From contig NW_021831986.1 of NCBI RefSeq assembly GCF_006345805.1, forward strand, positions 151,273-215,272: a DNA stretch of 64,000 nt. The letters are read 5' to 3'. The notes beneath the pieces were generated by a model. That model had not been told where the DNA came from. It worked only from the letters and a program-made list of their open reading frames with translations, and did not search any database. Numbering within the stretch: the first letter of the stretch is position 1; each line of letters begins with the position of its first letter. Made by a program: the position numbers and the translations under genes. Positions 40,621 through 51,814 of the stretch are shown one piece after another. This stretch comes from Octopus sinensis (taxonomy: Eukaryota).

Positions 40621-42168
40621 ACACAGTCATAAGAGAGCTTGAGCAAGAACAAACATACAAATATTTAGGGATAAATGAAGGCTCTGGTATTCAGCATGCA
40701 AGCATGAAAGAGAAAATCAGGAAGGAATGTTATAGGAGAGTACGTGCAGTCCTGAATCTGAACTAAATGCACGTAACAAGGTGTTAGCTATAAATTCCTT
40801 AGCAGTTCCAGTTGTTACTTATAGCTACAATGTGTTGAACTGGAATATGAGTGAAGTAAAGAATATAGATAGGAAAATACGCAAGCTGCTGAGTTGTAAT
40901 AGGATGCACCACCCAAGGCAGATGTAGATCGCTTTTACCTTCCCAGAGCCCAAGGAGGTCGAGGCCTGATCCAATTTGAACTAGCTTACAAAACAACCAC
41001 AATTGGACTGGCCAAATATCTCGAAATATCGAATGACTGGATGCTAAAGCTCGTGGAAAATCACGAGAGACGAAAGAAGCTTCATTCTATCATAAAGGAA
41101 AGCAAAAAATTTGCTATTGATCTCGTGCAGGATACCCAAACTGAACAACCCGAGGGAAGTACGGCAACTATTGTTGCAAAGAAGGTGAAAATGATGGCAA
41201 TGAAGAAAGCGCACGTGCAATTGGCTGATAGGTGGGAGGAGAAACCTCTGCACGGCAAATATGTGACCCACAGCAAACAAGCTGATGTTGACCAGAAGCA
41301 AACCCATCAGTGGCTACGGAGCTCAGGGCTAAAAGCAGAGAGCGAAGGTTTCATCCTGGCTGCTCAAGATCAAAGCCTATTAACCCGGAACTACCAGGCC
41401 AATGTGATGAAAAATGGAGCAGACCCAAAATGCCGATTCTGCAATGACATGATTGAAACAGTGGACCACCTAATCTCTGGATGTAAAGTCTTAGCACCAG
41501 TGGAGTATAAATTAAGACATGACAGAGTTGGCCAATATCTCCACTGGCTAATAAGTCGGCATTACAATATCAAAACTGCCGACAAGTGGTATAATCACCA
41601 CCCTGAGGCTGTAACTGAAGGAGAAAATGTAACCATTCTGTGGATCTTTCCAGTACATACAGACCGAACCATCAAGGCCATTAAACCAGATATTGTTGTG
41701 AAAGACCAAAACAATAAAGTTTGCTTATTGATCGACATGAGCATCCCCTGTGATCATAATATCTCAGCGAAAGAGTTTGACAAGCTCAGAAAATAAAAAA
41801 AAGACCTACTCATTGAAATTGAGAAAATGTGGCATCTCAAGGCGGTTACAATACCAGTGATCGTAGGAGCACTAGGAATGATCAAGAAGGGAACCGAAAA
41901 TTATATGAGAATGATCCCTGGCTTACCATCCCTGCAAGAAGTGCAAAAGATTGTCTTAACTGGTACATCACACGTATTGAGAAGAGCATTGTCGATGTGA
42001 GAACTGTTGCTGATCATGTATTTTAAGTTAACTTGAAAAAAAAAAATGAACGAACTACTGAGTTTGGTTTAATGGCCTACCAATATATACTATGAGTTTC
42101 TTTGCCCTAGGAGTCGGGAAGACACTCGGCAAGAAATGGAAGCAAATTTGAAAGAAGAAAAAAAGAAG
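40621..42168 (+). mobile_element. Family B copy B2, 5'-truncated, plus strand
   Basis: Near-identical reverse complement of about 29056-30600. ORF 41041..41796. Followed by (TAA)n. Confidence 0.92.
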
Positions 42169-42199
<31 letters not shown>

Positions 42200-42483
42200 A
42201 ATAATAATATTAATAACCATTATATTAATAATAATGATAAAAATAATAGTAATAATTAAAAAAATAATAACAATATATTTAATAATAATATCAATAATAA
42301 GAAGAAGTAGAATAATGATTATTATAATAATAATGATAATGATAATAAAAATAATGATAATGATTATAATAATAATATTAATAGCAATAATAATAATAAT
42401 AATAATTATAGCAATAATAATAATAATAATAATATTAAATTAATAATGATAATAGCAATAATAATATAATAATAATAATACTG

Positions 42484-42527
<44 letters not shown>

Positions 42528-42535
<8 letters not shown>

Positions 42536-43218
42536 CGACAAAGAAGAAGAAGATGATGAAGAAACAACAAAAACTATAGAACAAATGAAATCCAAACTAA
42601 AAATAGAACTGCAACGAACCATGATAAAACGATGGCAAGAAAAGCCACTTCATTATAAATACTGCACTAAACTAAACGCAAAAGAATAGACAAAGAAAAA
42701 TCCCAGCAATGGTTGAGAAGCTCAGGACTCAAAGCAGAAACAGAGGGATTTTTAATTGCAGCACAAGACCAAAGCCTCCCCACCAGAAATTACCAAAAAC
42801 ATGTAATGAAAAGAAATATTACAAGTAACTGCAGAATATGTGGAGATGGACAAGAAACAATAAATCATATTATCTCTAGCTGCCCAGTCCTGGCTAAGAA
42901 GGAATATATTTACAGACATGACAGAGTTGGAACCTACATACATTGGAAGCTATGCCAACATTATGGAATAACAACAGAAAAAAGATGGTATAGGCACACA
43001 TCAGAAAAGGTCACAGAAAACGAGAAAGCAACCATACTCTGGATATGCCGATACACACAAATAGAGAAATTAAGGCCAACAGACCAGATATAGTCTGTAT
43101 CAATACCGGCAGATGACAATGTGTCTCTAAAAGAAATGGTGAAACTCTCAAAATACAAAGACCTGGAAATAGAGGTAACTAGAATGTGGAATCTGAAAAA
43201 AGAAACAATTCCTATCAT
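42528..43218 (+). mobile_element. Family A internal fragment, plus strand (NKYDKEEE to ETIPII)
   Basis: ORF 42713..43093 contains the zinc-knuckle region. Preceded by (TAA)n. Confidence 0.9.
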
Positions 43219-44000
43219 CGTTTTATCATGGTTCGTTGCTGTTCTGTTTTTAGTTTGGATTTCATTTGTTTTATAGCTTTTGATGTTTCTTCTTCTTCTC
43301 TTCTTCTTCTCTTCTTCTTCTTCTTCTTATCTTCTTCTTCTTCTTCTTCTTCTTCTTCTCTTATTCTTCTTCTTCTTCTTCTTCTTTTTTTTTTCTTCTC
43401 CTCCTCCTTCTTTTCTTCTTCTTCTTCTTATTCTTCTTCTTCTTCTTCTTCTTCTTCTTCTTCTTCTTCTCTCTTTCTTCTTTTCCTTCTTCCTTCTTCT
43501 CTTCTTCTTCTTCTTCTTCTCTTCTTCTTCTTCTTCTTCTTCTTCTCTTCTTCTTCTTCATTTTTATTAGGTGGTATGATTTCTGTTTGTATTTGTCAGC
43601 TTCCTTAAATACTGAGAACAGTTTTGTTTTGCTCGTCTTTTGCCGCTATTTGTATCACTTTTCCTTCCTTCTGAAGTAGATATTTTTGCAGTCCTATGGT
43701 GGTTATTTTATAGTAGTTTTCCAGTTGTATAAGGCCTCTACCACCTTCTATACGTTGTATATATAGTCTTTCTATGTCAGATTTGGGGTGATGCATCCTA
43801 GATCCTGTCATTATTTTTCTTGTTTTCTATCTATTTTGGTCAGGTCATTCAATGTCCAGTTAACGATATTGTAGCTGTAACTTATAACTGGGACAGCTAG
43901 AGTGTTAATACCTTTTATCTTGTTTTTAGCATTGAGCTCTGTGTTTAGTATTGATCTAACTCGTCTATAATATTCTTTTTTTATTTTCTCTTTCATTTGT
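43216..44000 (-). mobile_element. Family A internal fragment, minus strand (QMKE to IKR), with expanded (GAA)n
   Basis: ORFs 43811..43996 (MKEKIKKEYYRR) and 43605..43811. About 275 bp of TTC repeat at 43287-43560. Confidence 0.9.
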
Positions 44001-45143
44001 CTTTTATTATTATTATTATAAGTATTAATTTTATTAATATTATTATAATTATTATTAAGTTTATTAATGTTGTTATTGTTGTGGTTGTTATTGTTGTTAT
44101 TCTTATTCTTCTTATGTTAATTATTATTATTATCATTATTATTATTAATAATATTATTATTATTATTACTGTTATAATAATTATCATTATTATTATTATA
44201 TTTACTATTACTTTTGTTATTATTATTATTATTCTTATAAATAGTATTATTATTACTATTATTGTTATTATTATGATTATTACTAATATTCTTCTTCTTC
44301 TTATTATATTATTAACATTATCATTATTATTTTTTAGTTGTTATTATTAATAATATTAATATATTATTAATATATCATTATTATTATTATTATTTTTATT
44401 ATTGATATTATTATTATTATTATTATATATCATTATCATTATTTTTGTAATTATTATTATTTTTATCAATATTATTAATAGTATTATCATTATTTTATTA
44501 TTATTATTATTATATATCATTATTATTATTATTGTCATTTTTATTTTTATCATCATTATCATTATCATTATCGTTATTATTATAATTATTTTTATTATTA
44601 TTAATTATTATTATTATATTATTAGTATTATATATTATTTTATATATTATTATATTATTATTATTATAATATTTATCAGTATCATTATCAATATAATATT
44701 ATTTTATTTTAATCATTATTACTATTTTTATTATTGTTGTTATCAGTATTAATATTATTATTATAATTTTTATTATTAATATTATCATTATTATTAATTT
44801 TATTTAGATCATTATTATTATTTTAATTAGTATCATTATCATTATCATTATTATTATCATTATTGTTATTATTATTATTAATATCGTTATTATTATTACT
44901 TTTATAATTATTATTTATTATTATTATTATAATTATTATTATTAGCATTATATTTATTTTTTTGCTAACATCATGATTATTAATATCATTATTTTTTAAT
45001 ATTATTGTTATTATTATTAAGAATATTGTTATTATTATTATTATTATGAAATATATTTACATTATTATTAATATTATTATTATTATTATTACAATTATTA
45101 TTATCATTTTCATTATTATTATTATTATTATTATTATTAATAA

Positions 45144-45176
<33 letters not shown>

Positions 45177-45193
45177 CATTATTATTATTATTA

Positions 45194-45235
<42 letters not shown>

Positions 45236-45613
45236 AACAATATATTATCAATATTATTATCCTTGTTATTATTTGTATTATTATTATTATTATTATTATC
45301 ATCATTATTAACATCATTATTGTTATTGTTCTTATTATTATTATAAATAGTATTATTATAATTATTATCATAATTATTTATAGTATTATTTTTATTATTA
45401 ATAATATTATCATTATGATTATTATTATTATTATTAATATTATTATTATCATTATCATTATTAATATCATTATTATTAATATTATTATTATTATCTTAAT
45501 CGTTATCATTATCATTATCATTATCATTATTGTTATTATTATTATTTTTATTATTATTATTAATATTAACATTATTATTATTATAGTTATTATCATAATT
45601 ATCATTAGCATTT

Positions 45614-45683
<70 letters not shown>

Positions 45684-46213
45684 CATCATTATCATTATCA
45701 ATATCTTTATCAGTATTGTTATTGTTATTATTATTACAATTATTATCATTCTTATTATTTTTCTTATTATTATTATCATCGTTAATATTATTGTTATTAT
45801 CATTATGATTATTAATATTATTATTATTTTTAATATTATTACTATTATTGTTAATATTATTATTGTTATTATCTTTATTATTATTATAATTATGATAATA
45901 TTATCAATATTATTTCCATTATTATTATTATTATTATTGTTATTAACATTTTTATTATTATCATTTTCATTATCATTATATTATCATCAATATTATTATT
46001 TTTATTATTATTAATAATAATAACTTATTATTATATTATCATCAATATTAATTATTTTAATATTATTAATAATATTATCTTATTATTATTGTTATTCTTA
46101 TTCTTTTTATCATTATCATTTTCGTTATTATTATTATTTCTATTATTATTACTATTATTATGATTATTATTATTATTAATATAATTATTGTTAATATTAA
46201 TATTAATATTATC

Positions 46214-46246
<33 letters not shown>

Positions 46247-46293
46247 GTTATTATTATTATTATTATTATTATCATTAACATTATTATTTTTAT

Positions 46294-46326
<33 letters not shown>

Positions 46327-46336
46327 TATTATTATT
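44001..46336. repeat. Degenerate (ATT)n array
   Basis: Direct triplet repeat. Confidence 0.96.
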
Positions 46337-47421
46337 CAGTAGTTTTATTTTTATAGCGTGCTTTCACTTCCCTACCGAGCGCAGCTCTGTGTGCCTTGGG
46401 TATGTGCTGTGATTTGTTGTGATGCTCTGATGGTTATTGTATGGAAAGTGTTCTGCGTAGGATTTGTGCAGTGCCTAGTAGTGCAATTTTCTGTATGTTA
46501 TATGTGTTTGTAAGTCCTGGTGATTTTGTTATGTATTTGTCTGAATATTTTTTTATCATGCCTAATGCACCTACTATGATAGGAATTGTTTCTGTTTTCT
46601 GATTCCACATTCTAGTTACCTTTATTTCCAGGTCTTTGTATTTTGAGAGTTTCTCCATTTCTTTTAGAGACACATTGTCATCTGCCGGTATTGATACATC
46701 AATTAGAAAGCATTTTTCTTCTTCATGATCTCTGACAACTATATCTGGTCTGTCGGCCTTAATTTCTCTATTTGTGTTTATCGGCATATCCCAGAGTATG
46801 TTTGCTTTCTCGTTTTCTGTGACCTTTTCTGGTGTGTGCCTATTCCATCTTTTTTCTGTTGTTATTCCATAATGTTGGCATAGTTTCCAATGTATGTAGG
46901 TTCCAACTCTGTCATGTCTGTGAATATATTCCTTCTTAGCCAAGACTGGGCAGCTAGAGATAATATGATTTATTGTTTCTTGTCCATCTCCACATATTCT
47001 GCAGTTACTTGTTATATTTCTTTTCATTACATGTTTTTGGTAATTTCTGGTGGGGAGGCTTTGGTCTTGTGCTGCAATTAAAAATCCCTCTGTCTCTGCT
47101 TTGAGTTCTGAGCTTCTCAACCATTACTGGGATTTTTCTATGTCTATTTCTTTTGCGTTTAGTTTAGTGCAGTCTTTACCATGAAGGGGCTTTTCTTGCC
47201 ATCGTTTTATCATGGTTCGTTGCTGTTCTGTTTTTAGTTTGGATTTCATTTGTTTTATAGCTTTTGTTTCTTCTTCTTCTTCTTCTTCTTCTTCTTCTTC
47301 TTCTTCTTCTTCTTCTTCTTCTTCTTCTTCTTCTTCTTCTTCTTCTTCTTCTTCTTCTTCTTCTTCTTCTTCTTCTTCTTCTTCTTCTTCTTCTTCTCTC
47401 TTCTTCTTCTTCTCCTCTTCT

Positions 47422-47453
<32 letters not shown>

Positions 47454-47857
47454 TTCTTCTTCATATTTATTAGGTGGTATGATTTCTTGTTTGTATTTGT
47501 CAGCTTCCTTAAATACTGAGAACAGTTTTATGTTTTGCTCGTCTTTTGCCGCTATTTGTATCACTTTTCCTTCCTTCATGTCTGTGAATATATTCCTTCT
47601 TAGGCAGGACTGGGCAGCTAGAGATAATATGATTTATTGTTTCTTGTCCATCTCCACATATTCTGCAGTTACTTGTAATATTTCTTTTCATTACATGTTT
47701 TTGGTAATTTCTGGTGGGGAGGCTTTGGTCTTGTGCTGTAATTAAAAATCCCTGTTTCTGCTTTGAGTCCTGAGCTTTTCAACCATTGCTGGGATTTTAC
47801 TTTGTCTATTTCTTTTGCGTTTAATTTAGTGCAGTATTTACCATGAAGGGTCTTTTC
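46337..47857 (-). mobile_element. Family A copy A6 (3' part with poly-Glu expansion) plus a second zinc-knuckle fragment at 47578-47857
   Basis: ORFs 46434..47120 (knuckle plus REL) and 47124..47579. 47578-47857 repeats about 46913-47195 with sequence differences. Confidence 0.9.
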
Positions 47858-49906
47858 CTCAACATCCTGGAAAACACATCGGAAACTTCCTGATAAGATC
47901 CGAGGATTTGAATTAAAGTTCCCGGGGTTACCGGAAAAAATCATGGAAACTCCGTTGGAGATTCCGAGGGTATAAACGAAAGTTCCTGGGTTTTCCTGGA
48001 AAATGTTTAGGATCTTCATGTTAAAATCCGAGGACATCCTGGAAAGTTCCTGGGATTACAAAACTTTCTGGAAAATTGGTCACAAATTTCATGAAAGTTC
48101 CGAGGATTTCCTGGAAATTTCCGGTGATACCCCCAACATCCTGGAAATTTGGTCGGAAACTTAATGGAATTTCCGGAGTCTCCCCAACTTACTGGAAAAT
48201 ATCTCGGAATCTCCCTGGAAAGTTCCCAGGGTTTATTGGAAAATACCGGGGATGCCCAACTTCCTGGAAAATTAGTCGGTAACTAAATTAAAAGTTCCAG
48301 GGATGTCCCCAACACCCTGGTATATTGGTAGAAATCTTCTTTTAAAATTCCGAGGATTTCATGGAAAGTTCCGGGGATTCCACCAATTTACCGGAAAATA
48401 TGGAATCTTCCTTGGAAGTTCCGAGGATTTTATAGAAACTTCTGGTGATTCCATAACTTCATGGAAAATTTGTCGCGATCTTCATGGAAAGTTCCGAGAA
48501 TTTCCTGGTAAGTTCTGGGGATTTCCCAACTTCGTGGAAAATTAATCAGAAAATTCATGGAAAGTTCCGACGATTTACTGGAAATTAAGGGGTTTACTAA
48601 ACTTCCTGGAAAATTGGAAGAAACTTCCTGGGATGTTCCGAGGATTTCCTGGAAAGTTCCTTGGATTTTTCAACCTACTGGAAAATTGGTCGCAAATTTC
48701 ATGGAAAGTTTCGATGATTTTCCCCACCTCCTGGAAAATTGGTCAGGATCATCATGGAAAGTTCCCATGAAGTTTGGTAATCCCAGGAAGTTTCGAGGAA
48801 ATCCTCGTAACTTACCATGAAGATCCCGACAATTTTCCAGTAATTTGGGAAATCCCAGGAACTTTCCATTAAATCCCCGGAACCTCCCATTAAGTTTCCA
48901 TGAAATTTCCCGGCAAGTTGGTGGAATCCCCGGAAGTTTCCATGAAATCCTAGGAATTTTCCCTGAAGTTTTCTACCAATTTTCCAGGATGTTGATCTTC
49001 CCCTGAACTTTCTTTGAAACCCTCGGAACTTTCCAGGAATTTTTCGAGATATTTCTAGGAAGTTTGGGGATTTCCCGGAACTTTCCATTAAATCCTCGGA
49101 ACCTGCCATGAAGTTTCCATGAAATCCGAGGAATTTTCCCTGAAGTTTTCTACCAATTTTCCAGGATGTTGATCTTCCCCTGAACTTTCTTTGAAACCCT
49201 CGGAACTTTCCAGGAATTTTTCGAGATATTTCTAGGAAGTTGGGGGAATTCCCGGAACTTTCCATTAAATCCTCGGAACCTCCCATGAAGTTTCCATGAA
49301 ATTTCCCGGTAAGTTGGTGGAATCCCCGGAAGTTTCCATGAAATCCTAGGAGTTTTCCATGAAGTTTTCTACCAATTTTCCAGGATGTTGATCTTCCCCT
49401 GAACTTTCTTTGAAACCCTCGGGACTTTCCAGGAATTTTTCGAAATATTTCTAGGAAGTTGGGGGAATTCCCGGAACTTTCCATGAAGTTCCCGATGAGT
49501 TTTCTAGGAAGTTGGGAAATATTATGAACTTTCCATTAAATCCTCGGAAATTCCTGGAAAATTGGACAGATACTTCATGGAAAGTTCCGAGAATTTTCCG
49601 AACCTCCTCGAAAATTGGTCAGAAACTTCATGGATATTTCCGAGGATTTCATGGAAAGTCCCGCGGATTCACCCACTTACCGGAAAATGTCATGGAAATT
49701 TCGTGGGAAGTTCCAATGCCTTAATGGAAAGTTCCTCGTATTGCCCAAGTTCCTGGAAAATTTTTGCGGGAACTTCATGGAAATATCCGGTGATTCCTCC
49801 AACTTCCTGGAAATATCTCGATTAAATTCCTGGAAAGTTCATAGGGTTGCAAAGAAAGTTCCTGGGATTCCCCAACTTCCTTGAAAATTGGTAGAAAACT
49901 TCATGG
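47858..49906. repeat. GGAAA/TTTCC-rich degenerate satellite with an inverted central block at about 48801-49550
   Basis: Units such as CATGGAAAGTTCCGAGGATTT occur in forward orientation outside the block and as reverse complements inside it. Longer repeats in the block recur at spacings of 177 and 219 bp. Confidence 0.88.
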
Positions 49907-51460
49907 ATAGTAAGTATAGATTTCTCAAATACTAAAAATCTTTAACAGATAATTGCCTCCCATAACACTAAGCTGCTAAATAAGGCCGTGTCACCCATGA
50001 GCAGAGACTCTGCCCCGTCAAATTCCAACATAACATATAGTAATAATAATAATAATAATAGAAGTAGCACAGATATTAGCAGCCTTCATACCAACATTGG
50101 AGTTAGTAATAGTAATAAGGATAAGAGCACTGATCTCGTCATTAACGGAGGGAGTCCTAACAATAATATTAGCAGCGGTTTTAACAACAGTAGTTTTACG
50201 GACATTATCAATCACAGCACTCCCAGGAACAGGGAATATGCAGGTGATATTGCCTTAAATAGTAATGATAATGGGGTGAATGGTATCGAATCCAGCGGTA
50301 GTTTTACAGCCATCATAGTAATAAGAACGCTGTATTAGTATCGGAAACCAATCCCAATAGATTAAGGTTCTTATCTAGCAACTCCAAAATTAGAAACGCC
50401 ATTTATCAGTGCAGAGTTTATACTGAATCCGATGTCTTCCTCTATATCGGCGCTACATCATCAAAATTAGCCACAAGAATATCGAACCATTTTTCCACGT
50501 TCCGAGATAGAAATAAACAACACGCTACTGGGCTAAGCAAATTAGTCTGGCGTTTGAAGAACGCGAATTCAACTTTTAGACTGGAATGATCAATATTATC
50601 GGTGTCTTTACCATTTGATAAGGGCAAAAATATCTGTGCCCTTTGTAATTCCGAACTATTTCATATTCTGTTCGCCCGAGGCCGACTAGTAAACTCGATT
50701 GTGCAGAGTTCTTTCAGAGGCCTTCACTGGAAAAGGCATACCTTTCTCTCATACCAATGAAGTCTAATATAGATAACCCCTGGATTTCCTAATAAAATTT
50801 GAAAGGTGATATCTCATCCCTGTTAGGATAAAAGACTTTCTTATAGTTGTCAAGAACTGCTACCATTCCCTACAGAAACACTGTATCTTGTCATTGCTAT
50901 TGTGGACGCCCTCTCTTTATTAAGTTGTCACATTCGAACACACAGACACAGTCTTTTCAGTTTCTTCACCGTTAATTCTTGCTACCTCTCTTTCTCTGCC
51001 TTCAAAACACACTGTCACGCATTCAAAGACGCACACACACATACATTAAGGCAATTTTTCACACTCATACATTCTAGCACTCATTCATAAAATAAATCAA
51101 ATATAAGCACCAGTCATACAGAATACATCCATACTCTTTAATTTTCCTATACCTTCCTTCTACTACCTTGATTCTGACACTGAACTATCTCAACGGACAA
51201 TCTCTTCTGCTTTCATCCAATCTGACGTCAACCCATATAAATAGACATTTTGTATCATTAATTTCATGGGCTCCTCGTGAGCAGTTGTCGAAAAGCTTGT
51301 TGTGCATTTTGTTGGAGAATTAAGTTCCTGGATTTTCCTGAAGAGAAAGCTGCATAATGGACTCCTTATTCAATCGGAATTAGGGACTTTGCAGACTTCG
51401 AAACATATGTCGAAAATAAAATAAAGGAATTTTGTTAAATCTTCGTTCAGCTCCATTCTT
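49907..51460 (+). mobile_element. Penelope-like element 3' fragment: linker, degraded GIY-YIG endonuclease and hammerhead-bearing terminal region
   Basis: Manual translation gives IDFSNTKNL*QIIASHNTKL (from 49916) and NAIYQCRVYTESDVFLYIGATSSKLATRISNHFSTF...LSKLVWRLK...CALCNSELFHILF (about 50395-50680). Homologous to 59451..60426. Confidence 0.85.
51332..51417 (+). ncRNA. Type I minimal hammerhead ribozyme, predicted cleavage after GUC at 51411
   Basis: ATTTTC-CTGAAGA-G(stem II, imperfect)C-GAAA-C-ATAT-G-TC-GAAAAT. Full catalytic core and a palindromic stem III loop. Confidence 0.85.
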
Positions 51461-51777
51461 TCCTATACTTAATATACATATATATATATATATAAAATAT
51501 ATAATATATATAATATAATATGATATAATATTGTATATGACTTGAGATGTTTGACGTCCTATTTACCAATTATATATGAGCTGCCTCAGAAATCTCCAAT
51601 GGCTCTATAACTGCCGTCTCGGCTATAACCTTGGAGCCGGGAAATAGTATATATATATATATGTATCAAAACAATTGTACCAAATTACCGGAGTCATTCT
51701 TATTGTTTATTTTTGATTCTAATCACCCCGCAAATTTATATGGATAACACCATAAAAAATTCTGGTGAATCTACTAA

Positions 51778-51811
<34 letters not shown>

Positions 51812-51814
<3 letters not shown>

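Noticed and set aside
43280-47519. Poly-Lys, poly-Phe, poly-Leu and poly-Ser ORFs
   Set aside because: Alternative frames of the (GAA)n tract.
48699-49484. 261-aa repetitive ORF
   Set aside because: Translation of the GGAAA satellite. The frame is open only across the inverted block.
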